Notes under the pieces: generated by a model
Databases searched by the model: none
What the model saw: the letters and a program-made list of their open reading frames with translations, nothing else
Told to the model about the DNA's origin: nothing
Made by a program: the position numbers and the translations under genes
DNA from: Auanema rhodensis
Lineage: Eukaryota > Animalia > Nematoda
Assembly: GCA_964057225.1 (NCBI GenBank)
Contig: OZ059896.1
Span: 7,564,001 to 7,628,000, forward strand
DNA: 64,000 bases
Direction: 5' to 3'
Part shown: one piece after another, positions 14,053 through 26,300 of the stretch
Numbering within the stretch: position 1 is the first letter of the stretch
Layout: the number at the start of each line of letters is the position of its first letter

Positions 14053-17000
14053 ATGTTCCGATTGTGGCCAAAAAGACGCCGCACGGGCGAGGAAGAGTTT
14101 GTTGAGCCTGAACCACCAAGTAATAATAAATCGAAAACCCGAGGGCGTCCTGCTTCCTCTATATCCTTAATTGAGGAATTATGGTAAGTTTTTTGTAATA
14201 TCTATAATATATTTTGTCTTGTGCTCATTTATATATTTATGTGTTTTAGTATTTCGCGTGATTCCTTGCTAGCTGGCGACAGCATGCGCATGGTAATATT
14301 AGAATGTGAACCCAAAAGAGCTATATTTGATTCTTCTACTATTATTCCTATTGGAGATCGTTCCAGAGAAGGTCTGAAAATTTCATCGTGCAAAAAATTT
14401 GAGGTATGAATTTTATTCGTTATTTTATTATTATTTTGTTGTCAGCTTCTCCGAAAGCAGAAAGATCTTAATATGCTAGGACAGTTAATCTGGGGAGCAG
14501 TTCCAACCCCTCAGGGAGCTGATGCTCTCAAATTTCATCAACTGTAAGTTGATAGTTCACTTATATTATTAAAGTTTTACTGTTAAATATTTTAGTGACG
14601 ATGATAAGTTACTTTTAAGTAGAGTTTTTGGCCTCCCAAAAATAGCTAGCAAGTGAGTTACTTTAATTAAAATTGTTTTTTAAATGTATATATTGTAGGG
14701 ATAATCTTGGTATGAACGATTCTGTTGTGTCTTCTGATAATGAAGTGCAATACGTCAGTACTGTGCGGTCTTTGGATGGTGGACTACGAAGTTCATTATG
14801 TTCTACAGCACCTCCCGAACAATTTCAAAGAGTAAGAAGACATGTGTTACTATTCATATTTATTTAATATTCTTGAAGGTGCGCAATGCAAGTCTTCAAT
14901 TAGATAATGATGATCTAGAAGACATCCGACCGTTTTCACCTCCACATCGTTTATCACGCAATAGACGAATAATTATGTCTCAGAAGGCATCACTCTGTGA
15001 CTCGGGTAGCTTTTCGTGTTTATCAAAGCTCACATGAGTTTGTTCTTCTAGGCCAGTCAATCAATTCTAATAAGACTAGATCTCGATTGAGTTCATGTGG
15101 ATCACAACCGGAGGATGAAATTGTTCGTCAAGTTGCTATCGGTATTATTTTTGGTAACTCTCAGCGACATTTTCTTTTTCAAGTTAGTTACCTAATTAGT
15201 AATCTTTAATCATTTCTTTTTAATTTTAAGCATATTCCCATCGTTGAAACAGAAATGTCCAAGTTAGAGGCTAGAGTAATAAATGCAGCGATGCATACAC
15301 CTTCTTTTCTGTATAATGTACATAAGGTATTTAGTTTTGATTTTATTAACATAATATTAATTATTCAGGCTTGGGAAGAATTTTGCAACTGTATATGCTT
15401 TTTGTATAATTCTCCTCGACTGCGAAATCCTGTTTGGTTGAGCTTAGCCGAGAAGGACTTGAATGATTCTCTTGTCGCCTCTAAATTCTGTTCCCAATTA
15501 GCGAACTTAGTTCAGAAATTGGATACAAAACAGACTAAATTGTGGGTTCTAGCTGGTGTTAAAAGTTGAATCTCTATTTTTTTAGCTTCCTTTCAAACGT
15601 AATATCTTCCGTTCTCATGCATCACATGTCTTGGGTTGCTAGTGTTGCTTCTCCGCAAACTGCACCGTCAACACCTATTCATAGTAGAAATTTTTTAATA
15701 GGAACGGCAGAAAACCCCGAAGCTTCTTATTTTCCTTATAACCCTCATATGGCTCAGTATTTGGAGATTAGTGGAAGTGTTGGACATTCCAGTAGAAGCA
15801 CAAAAGTAAGTAGCAAGTTTTAGTGTTCAGAAAGTAATTAATTTGTCCTTGTAGACTGTTGTTTGTGGTGGAGACTGGGATCAACTCGCAGAGATTTTAC
15901 AAGTTCTTTCATATTTTATCCGCTGCTCTACTGTTCAACAAAGAGGTTAGTTTTTGTTTTTTCTTTATTATTTTGATTATGTAATCAATGTTGAGGGATT
16001 TAAGTGCTTAAGGCTTATTAAGTGTTTCGTTATTTGTTGAATTTTCCTCTAACAAGTGCAGGAAAGTTGCTTTTCCACTATTTACTGTTTGCTGTACACT
16101 TTTTAATTCGTTGCGTACTCACGTCAACTCTGCTTACCGGAAGTTCAACGAGAAAATATACTGAAAAGTCATATGAATTTCCTTATTCCAAACACCTAAC
16201 TGTTAGCATAGAATTTTAATCACGTGAGAACATAGGAATGTAGTAAATTGTTATGGTGATAGTCTCAAAGCACCTCTTTTTTTCTGTCCAGTTCTTTCAA
16301 ACGATCGAATGTTCTGTTTAACATCACAAAAAGATAAATTGAAGGGATACCACATGAAAATTGATAAAAAAAGGACCGTGGAGAGAAAATGAATGCCCAC
16401 CGGAAATAATCTATTTTGTTTGATTATGAACTTACATGGTGTTGGTATTGGCCCATAGTTGTAAAATTGAGATAGGTGGGCGGATATGTTTGCTTTCGGA
16501 AGTGAGGACAGCTGTAATATCGCCGATAATAGCTATTTTGTTGTTTTGAAAATAAAATGACGTGATGAAACTTTTAAAAAAAATTATTCATTCTTTTCAG
16601 AAACAACATTCAAAGAATCTGTACCACTTCCCATTTCACAGTCGTTTTCACCTGAAGCGTCATCTCCGGATCTTGTCGGATCCCCTCCTATCGGAAGTTT
16701 GAGAGAACTAGCTTTCAGTCCGGACAAACGTATGTTTACAGATTTATTTTATTGAATTATGAAAGTTTTTTCATTACACTAAAGAAGCAATCGAGAAAAA
16801 ATATATAGAAAACGTTGTTTGTGTTCGTCACAAATTGCGGGTTTTCTTCTATTAGTTAAATGCTATAGAAATTTTAGTTACGGAGACGGATGCAGCATCT
16901 TCATGTTCTCTGGATTCTCTACCTGCTGATTGTATCAGCTGTCCAGTCCTTTCAACTTTAGATAATTTGGGTCGATCACTTTTAGCTGGACCATCAGTTC

Positions 17001-17696
17001 AGTATTCACCGCATTTTGTGTTATCTGGCTTGGTGAAGGAAGGAAAGAATTATGACGATGCGTTTTCAAAGTAAGATAGTAGTTTCATTACTAAAATATT
17101 GGGTTTCTAAAATAGCTCATTAATGAATCATGTTTAGAATGCTGGACGAAGTTCGGCTTGAAGAATCTGCTGTTCATAGAGCAGCCGCAGCTTCACTTTC
17201 CTCTTCCCAAAGCTCTTCATCTGTTTCTGATCCTCAACTTCCTGAATCGGTCATAATTTTGGCTGATTTAAGCGATTGGTCTGTAAAAGTAAGTCATGCA
17301 TACTGTTTTCTTTATATAGTTGCTTTTTCAGATTCTTTCTACTGACGGAATGGCTGAAGTAGTTTCACCGTCAGAGACGGTTGTTTCTATGTTAGAGCAG
17401 TTCGCAACCCTGCAATCTGGAGGATGTGCTCCTAAGTTTTTAATAACATTTGTCGAAGACATTTTATTCGAAATTTTGGGGAAAAGTCTGAGCTTAGTAG
17501 AAATGGTTTGATGATCGCTTTTATACCGTGTTTAATACTTTTTTGTTTATAGGTATCTGGGGGACCTCAAGATTCTCCTTCTATGCTCAGTCCTGAACGG
17601 GTACGTTCAGTAATTGGATGCGATCACTCCGACCTGCGTTTAATAGTAAACGTTGCTTCAGTATATTATCCTCCAGTTTTGCATTCTGTTTTATGA
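14053..17696 (+). CDS. fnip-2: Folliculin-interacting protein (FNIP), multi-exon
   Basis: MLGQLIWGAV, LLSRVF, LRNPVWL, VLMHHMSWVASV, PYNPHMAQ, LSYFIRCS and DLRLIVNVA match FNIP_N/M/C motifs. ATG at 14053 follows a non-coding exon. Confidence 0.88.
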
Positions 17697-19220
17697 CATT
17701 TTGGTACCAATGTCTTCTCACATTTTCCATTGTACTAGTTCAAATTGGGTTTGATCTATTACGGGTTTAGAGTCTACTATGCTCTATCATCGTATTGCCT
17801 TATTCCTTATTAGGTATCAGATTGTACATAGTCTTCAGATTTCTATTCCGCTCTGTCTTTTTGAAACCTGTTCACTCCTTATTAATCTTTCATCAGAGAT
17901 ACTTTATCTTTCGAAAATTTTTATCCAAATATAGGTAATTATTCTTTCGCGTTAACGCAAAGATTTTTTCTTGTAATACCTATGAAAGAGCTGTATTCAG
18001 TATCTAATATTCATGATATGAATGTCAAGCAGCGTCTTATAAATAGTTGGTTCAACAATTGTTATTAACCCTGCACTTTCTTTCATTGTTCTGTATATAT
18101 TGTTCGGTTGGAGTGGCCTTAGATTTGCTCCCAATTGCGAGGTTAACGAAATGAACTGTTTTCTTATTGTTATATCTCGCTCTTGTAAATTTAATTTTTT
18201 TCGTTTGTATGTTCTTTCCCTATTTTCCACTTTCATTATTGTCTTTGTTTTTCTTTCCTCCTCCCCCTTACCTTACTCCTCACCACATCTTTCCTTGTCT
18301 ACCTGTATCACTGTCCTTCACTGTTAGATGTCTGGTGGCCTTTCATTATTTCGTAATATTCTACAGGTTGTACCCCTGAGGCAGCTCTACTTCAATGTTA
18401 TAGTTTTACATGAGATTTAACCCAGTCGCTGTATCATCTGTCTGAAAGTCCACTGATCTTACGAACTATTCGACTCGCCTCCACGTTCTCGTTTGAAATT
18501 TTTACTTTCTTATTTTGGTTTTTGTTCTTTTTTACCCTTTATGACCCAACATATATTGCCTTTCTCTTTGCTCAATTCAGGTGTTCAGCTGCTTTCCCCT
18601 TCCAGTAACAGTAGAAATAGTGGGTGTAGTAGTAGTAGTGTATATGAGTCAACTCTTGATAAGGTAAATCTTTCATTGACAGTAGCTTGGCTGTTTTCTT
18701 TATTGTTGGTGCTGTCATTGAAACAGATTACTTTTAAATGTTTATAACTAATAATTTCTTGTTTTAATTTGCTAACATCACGAGTTGTGAACCTTCTACT
18801 TCTGTACTAGAGCTCGATTCTGTTGAATATTTCCATCCATAGAACACTTTCCTACTTTGTGCATCATCCCTACTGACTTATTAGATGGAGGAAAGAATTA
18901 TTTTGTTTTTGAGAGCTGGCATATTATTATTATTAGTATTAGATGATTATTTGCTACAAGTTAATAAATTGGGATTTATTTGTTGATATGGATATTCGTT
19001 TTTTTCATCGTGATTTCAAATTGTGCTTCTTGATCAGATCATATATCTGAAAAGGATATCTGAGAACTAATTCACGATTGTTTTCAGGAATGAATGTGTA
19101 ACAACATTGAAAATTTGGAAAAAAAAGCTATCATTAAGAAAAGAACAGCTTATGTGTCAAGTTTTATAAGATAAATTGTATGGAAAATTGACAGCTGAAT
19201 AGGTTTTTAGTTTCTATGAA

Positions 19221-19250
19221 CTTAATTTCCTGCTCGATTTTAAAAAAGCT
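19221..19250 (+). mobile_element. Possible isolated LINE RT motif-A remnant
   Basis: LNFLLDFKKA resembles FLDFKKAFD; flanks are unreadable. Confidence 0.2.
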
Positions 19251-19771
19251 GAGGTGAACAATTGTATTACGGATTTTCATACTATAAACTCAGTTGTAGA
19301 TTACTGAATATAAGAAAATAAAAACAATTAGTACATGTATTATGAGGTAGATTCTATAAAAATCAATGAGATGAAGGTAATTAGTGTGTATAACATCTTA
19401 TTTTATTTAGAATGATCATGAAAGAGAAAAAAAGACTTTTCGGGAGAAATACATAACAAGTATTTCGTTTGTTAATAATCAATATATCAATGTGTGATAT
19501 TAGAATTCGATCTTCTATTGATTTTTGTCAAGTAAATAAAAGAAGCATTGAGGTGATTCTAATCCACTAAGATATTTTCGTGGGTCATATGATCAAGGAT
19601 CAACGAAACTGAATTGAATATGAAATAATGTAAGACAGTTTCTCGATATTGTGAGTCATCGGAATTCATTGTAGAATATATACCATCATTTGGATTTCAA
19701 AATCTCTCTGAAATAGAACTAGTTTTTTGTTTTGTGATGAGTTGACTATGCAAGAAAGATTCAGAGAGGGG

Positions 19772-19776
<5 letters not shown>

Positions 19777-19815
<39 letters not shown>

Positions 19816-19817
19816 GA
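19777..19817. repeat. (GA)n microsatellite
   Basis: About 20 GA units with one interruption, ~140 nt upstream of the CYSTM gene. Confidence 0.95.
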
Positions 19818-19953
19818 GAAGAGGTAAAGTATTGTTGCCTCCATGGTTACGCCTCCCACCTTTACAGTCACCGTCGACTATTTCTGCTGACTGTTTAACC
19901 TCTTCTTCCTTTTCTCCTTCTTTGTATTTGTTTATATTTCTTATTTCGATAAA

Positions 19954-20576
19954 ATGAATAACTACAATAACCAGGTAAATAATAAATTTACTGTTTTAGA
20001 AAATTATATTAATTATTCTAAACTTTATATTAAAATAAGGAAACATTATTGAAAAAAAAAATGCTTTTGAATATATCTATCTGAACATTTTATATTTTAT
20101 TCTTTCTCAGGGACCACCAAATCCTGGTTTTTACAACCAACAGCCAGGCTATTATCCACAAGGTCCGAACTATCCTCAAGGACCTCAAGGATATCCTCAG
20201 GGGTCTTATCAGCCTCAACCTCAAGTCATGTAAGTATTTTAAATTTGTTTTATTGAAATTTTAAAATATGGTATTAAAAACGTTCTCATACAGGCGAATT
20301 AATAGTAACCGGTTTTCTTCCATATTGTTTTTTAAGTTAAAAATCGGGACATAGGTTGGCCAGTACTGTGAATTTAAAAAATTCTAAAACTTAAAAAAGG
20401 AATTATATTTATTATTTGATTCCAACAAAAGAAATTAAACAAATTAAGTGAAAACTAGTAATTATTTCAGATACCAACCACAACCACAGCCACAACAACA
20501 AAACGACCGTTGTTGTCTTTACGTTCTCTTAGGTCTATGCTGTGGATGCTGCATGGGGGAAGTGTGTTGTGATTAG
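19954..20576 (+). CDS. Small CYSTM-like protein, 81 aa, 3 exons
   Basis: Exons 19954-19974, 20111-20229 and 20471-20576 join in frame: MNNYNNQGPPNPGFYNQQPGYYPQG...NDRCCLYVLLGLCCGCCMGEVCCD*. Confidence 0.88.
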
Positions 20577-21029
20577 AAACTATTCATGTCAGTTTTCCTG
20601 ACAATATTCCAGAAGTTTATCTCTTTTTAATCCAATAAACCATTATGATGCTGGTTTAAACTAAAATGAACAACGAGTTTTCAATCTTTGTTATATTGTA
20701 GATACTTGCCCATTTTTGTACTTGAAAAATAAATTTTCGAAATATTCATAGATATACACTCATAAACCTTATTTTTTTATTAAATAAATATTATCATTAT
20801 AATGTCTCGTGTCAATGCCTGTATGGTCTTTTTATATTTTCAAGAGGTGTGATCATTATATTGAAAAAGAGGTTGACGTGATGACTTTCGCATTCTTAGA
20901 AAAACTAGAAGTTTCGAAACTCTGTGACTCATGATTTCTTTGCTATTAATAGCCTCCGAAAAGCTTTTAAATTTATTTTTGTTTTTATTAAAATTTATAA
21001 TGATTAATTGATTACACTATTTCAAGTAG

Positions 21030-21420
21030 AGAGAAAAAGAAGTATGCATAGTATACGTTTATACTTTTTTTTCTCTTAAAATGACTCATAATTAGGTTGA
21101 AGAGATTGAAATATGACCTGTCTTTTCCAAACTTTCTCCGTATTATGATATATTTATAAATATATTGTCCGGGTTAAGTTCAGGCAAAAGAACCAAAGAT
21201 TGAAAAGCTTGAATAGGTTCGTAGAATATGAAGTCAAATATAAGTGAAATCTCTATGAATCATGAGGAGTAAAGATAGATTTCAAATTTATCCTTCAATC
21301 GCATTTACAAAGCATTTAATAACTAGAATGCTTCACAATAAGAGATCCAGGAAATTTAGCAATGGTTAATAGTGTTCAAACCAGATGTACAAATGGAGCT
21401 TATGGCATTTACAACAAGTA
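21030..21420 (+). mobile_element. Decayed LINE (RTE-like) RT fragment
   Basis: Collinear broken motifs EKEVCIVYV, DS, KYDLSFPNFLRIM, GVK..SNLS, MELMAF correspond to RT motifs A, B and C. Confidence 0.45.
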
Positions 21421-21650
21421 GTGGGAAGAAATTCGTTTTTTCACAATCTTCTTTTCATATAAAAAAATTTAATTCTCAAACGATTGATGATAAAAAGAAC
21501 ATCGTTTTGTAAAACATTAAATATTTATAAAGCAGAATATGCGAATATATGATGATTTCAGATTAACCGTTCAAATAAAGTGATAGGAATAATACAAAAA
21601 ATGTTAAACAATAAATAAAGTTCATAATTGTTCCAGCAATATCAACTTAT

Positions 21651-22904
21651 CTAAAATGCAATTGCATACATGACTGTTCCAATAAACACTACTATTCCAC
21701 CTACTAGATGAAGAACGTTAAATGGATTAGCAAAAATTACAAAAGAAATAACTAAGGATATAAATTTTCTCAAAGATATGATCATATTTACATTCAGTGA
21801 TGAAGTTAAAGCCGTCAGCCGATATACATTATTAACACAAATCCAGCTAAAAAAAAAGTTTTTTTTACCTGGAAAATAAAAAATGACATACTTGAGAAGT
21901 GAAGAAGACAATATGATTATCCAAGCAGATGGTACAGCAACTTCAATGTCAAAAAACATGAAGTTTCGTGAAGAATTTACAGATGCTATCACATCGCCTA
22001 ATTCTTCTCCGAATACAGCAAACATAGGAATGGACAAAGCATGCTTAAAGTTATATATTTTAAAAAGGAGCAAAAGAACCTGTCTTACAACATAAAACAT
22101 AACTTCTTTATGATGAGGACCGTATTGAGTATAAAGATGTTCTTGGCAGATACCCAAATATGAGCTCAGTAATACAGATGTACATAGGAGCGATATACCT
22201 AGAGAACGGGTATATAATTTTCGCAGATAACTATGAGACACCTATAACGAAGGGTGGAACAGGTAAATCATGAAGCCAGGCGATTTCAGATGGATTGGAA
22301 TGACCTTTCGGATCATAACTTGCGAGAGTGAAAATGGCAACTCCAGCTGTCACAAAGAGAATAGAGAGTACCTAAAACTCAAAACTTGAAAACAGTTTTT
22401 AAATGTGATAGACTTGTTTCAAATTAAAATACTGTCCAAGTAAAACTGCTCGAAGAAGCATATGAAATAGCAAACTGCTCTATAATAATGATTAAAGATA
22501 AATATCTAAAACTAAGTTTTTAACTTACAGATTTGAAAATGATAAAGAGTGGGAAATAAACATCAAATTTCAAAGAATAGTTACTACATGCGTTAACAAT
22601 GAAATATATAATAATGATTTTGATGTATGCACTGTAATATTGATACAATGAGAAATAATTTTGTTCAAAACAAACCTGATTGGAATTTTTCTAGGTACTG
22701 ATAAAAATTTTGTTTCGAAAATTAATCCTTCAACTGATATGAATATAAAGTTTACAAGTGTAAGTAGATGTAAACAGTTTGGTAATTGCCTTAGAAAATA
22801 AAATGTATTATTTAAAAGATTATAACAAACTTTTGCATATGCTCAATTGCAGCTTGACACCCTATACATCCTCCTAAGGTGGCCAAGATAGCTTCAGAGG
22901 CCAT
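21651..22904 (-). CDS. SLC35B4-like nucleotide-sugar transporter (UAA family)
   Basis: MASEAILATLGGCIGC, FPTLFIIFKS, YLGICQE, SLRKFISLVIS..FANPF; multi-TM. Confidence 0.88.
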
Positions 22905-23372
22905 CTTAAACACTTTATAAAAGACATAAAAATTGCTTCTGCTCAGATAGAAATGATTGCAAATACTATTGAATTGTAAAAATATTAATAAAAATTTTAA
23001 TTGAAATAAAATATTTAATAGATATTTTCTAAAAAGTAATCACAGTTTACAAAAGAACAACAGGGTGCACAGTAAACTAGAAATATACCGGTATAAAAAC
23101 TCTTGGTTAAGTAAAGCTTGTTAATTAGAAATATTAGGAAATGACAGAAAATTTGGTTCGTTGGATCTATCACAGAACACAGATAGTAGAAATGAAACAA
23201 ACTATTAAAGATCATTGCAAGGAAACTTGAGTACAAATGGCCAAAAAAAGATATGACGAAAATGACGGGAAAATAAACAGTGATATAAAACAGTTGGTAT
23301 AGCAAGTCACAAGAAAAAAATATGTATAAATATAAAACAGAAAACCCTCCCAAAAAAAAGTCTAGAATCATC

Positions 23373-26300
23373 CTAAGGGGGAAGAACTGATGAAGCAGCT
23401 TCCGGAGTGGAAGATTCTGAAGGTAAAGGCTCGTTTTCAGATATAAGTGTAGTCTCGTTCAGAGAAGAACAAGATAAGTTATCCGAATCGACCGATTCTT
23501 TGAGCAAAGGGTTTCGTACTGTCTAAAGCAAAAATATATATATAAATGTAAACAAACGCATTTTTACCACTTTTGTGGAATCCTCAAATACATTCAATAC
23601 AACATTATCATCAGAAATTTCGGGTGTTCTACGTCCTTGATGTGCACAATCCTGAAAATTTCAATTTGAATATTAGTAGAGGAATATGATATACCTGCAA
23701 TGCTGAACAGTAGTGAAGCATCAAAACCGCTAAAGCTTGTAACCGTTCATCGAGACCTTCAAAGGCTCCGGAGTTAGACTGTAAAGAAATATTTGATCAT
23801 TATAAGACAAACTCTTCGAATGAACCTCTTCCTTCATTGCAGCTAATCTTCCATTTTTGGTTTCTCTTATAGCTGACTGTATAATATCGATCTATAAATT
23901 ATAAGAATATTAATAAACATAAAATAACTAATCATACTTGTTGATTAACTTTATGTTGTCTTTCTACTCCAGAATATTCATTGAAAATTTGTTTTCCTAA
24001 TTCCTTAGCATTTGTTATTATTTCTTCATTATAAGCATTTCCAGGTTGGAAATATAAACTATTTATAAAGGGAGAACCATCTAGCAATGCAAGTACATCT
24101 GATACGCAATCCTATAATCGAAATCATTAGCTTTCAAAAACTGATTACTATCACTAACCTGAATACTTGTAACTGGGCTAGCCTGATCTACTTCCGACTC
24201 GGTAGTTGTACTATCGACTGTACTTTGAGAATTTCTCGATAATGTTTCAACTTCTGAATCTTCTTTCTTGCGGCCACGTCGCCAGTAGGAGAACTTCTCA
24301 GACACCTTGCTTTTTAATCTTGCTCTTCTTGAAATTGAATCAGAAGTTTCACCAACAAGAACAGGAGATTGGGTTTGTTGAGGTGTGGATGGAATCAAAG
24401 TAACTGGAGGCTCAACCTCCACTTTTTCGTTCTGGAGGTCAGAGTCAATCTTAAAAATAGTTTTTATACAGTTAAAACAAAGAAAACGTACATCATCAAA
24501 ACCATTATCATTATCAACTATAGAGCTTTTGGTACATACTATACCGGAGTTAGCCTTTTCAGCACATTTAATATGACATATTACAAAACATCTTTGGCAA
24601 CAGCTTGCTGATTTTAACCAAATTTTTCCTCGACACATAGCGCAGGTATTACCTATTAAATAAAGATATAGTTACTGATAAAACGATGATCCTACCGGCA
24701 TTTTTAACAGTCCATGGCCTCCAATTGTGTTGGGAGGGTGGTCCCATTAGAGGTGGCGATACAGATCTCACATTATCTTCAAGTTCAGTCTCAACGTTAT
24801 CCGAATTGCTTAAATATGTCGATAGAATACCAATTAAGGCTTGATAATACCCTTGATCGCCAGCGTTGAGGTTTGCTTCAGAAGGTAAACCATTTGGAAA
24901 ATAGCGGAAACCAAGAGTTACATCTCCGTAGCAAAGTCGCGGATCGAAACCAGCATGACGAGCGAATTCAGAATTATTTGAACTAAATGTTACACATAAC
25001 AATTCAAATACGAATAAAATAATACCCATTCAATTCTGCAATGGAACTGATTCCAGTTGGAGGCTTCAGAAAGAAAACTTCACGATGGCAATTTGAAAGA
25101 GTTAGTCGGCAGTCATCAATTAATTGTGGAATATACAACGATGTCTTAAAAATATAATTTCATCAACATAAAACAAATTATTAACTTACGTAACCTAAAA
25201 GAACTGGTTTTTTAGGTTCATTAAATTCAATACCATCAGATGGAGATATTATTTGCTTGGCATGAATAGTTACATTTAAATATTTACAACCTCCAGACCT
25301 AGAAGCCACTGTTCCATCTAGGTCAAAATGAAGGGACTGACCCCAGAGAACATCCTGTAGCATATAATAGAGGTTAAAGTTCGACGAAAAGAGCTACCTG
25401 TTCAAAATGAACGGATTTTGTTGTTCTGGAATGAATCGAACCAACGGAGTTCGTAGGTGAATCATCAAAACCATTCTTAGAAGTATTTCCACTCCGAGGA
25501 GAGCTTCTAGAACTATAAAAGAGAACATACTTTCAATAGAAATTCAAAACAAACTTCTTTTTAGTTTTCTTTCTATCTTTCTTATCCATTATATTGATCT
25601 CTGTTGGGCTTCGTTTACCTGAACTAGGCGCGGGTGATCGTGAATGCGACTAAATTGAAATGTAATAAAAGATAAAAAACAAATATATAAATATACCTCT
25701 CTTTCTGGCTCCAAAAGATCACATTCGTTAACTTCGGAGCCTATTTCAACAGGGTCACCGGCAATAAACTGTCTTTTCTTTTGAGGAATAAAATCAAGGA
25801 CCTTTCTTTTCCCCGCTTGCAACGTAGCCTATATAAATTCAACACCGTTATAACTTCATAACAAATTTGTAAAAAATACATGAATTCTTTGTCTTCTTGT
25901 AGATGCGGGACGATTACGAGAAAGCCGAGAATCGTCTTCATCTCCATCACAATCCGTATTTTCAGTTCTACCAGAAACAGTGGACAATAAAGATACTGTA
26001 CTGCCGGCCTTAAGCATTTAATAAACCAATATTATTGAAAATAATTTCGAACCGTTGGTAACCCAGGAGGTGCATCTTTAAGTGTCATATCTTGTTCACC
26101 AACAGCAACCGGAGCTAATGTATCGTCAATCGGAGCACGTGCAACTGCATGCACAATTTGCTTTTCTTCAATACATTTTGGTTGAAACTATTTTGAAACG
26201 TGTAATTGTACCTATTATGGATTCTACATTCATATTACTTTCTTGAGTCAACCCAGCTGTGCTCACATCGCTAATAGATTTAGCATCCAGTTGGCTTTCT

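Noticed and set aside
18415-18426. TTTAACCCAGT similarity to the SL2 leader
   Set aside because: No donor, stem-loops or Sm site follow; a short chance match.
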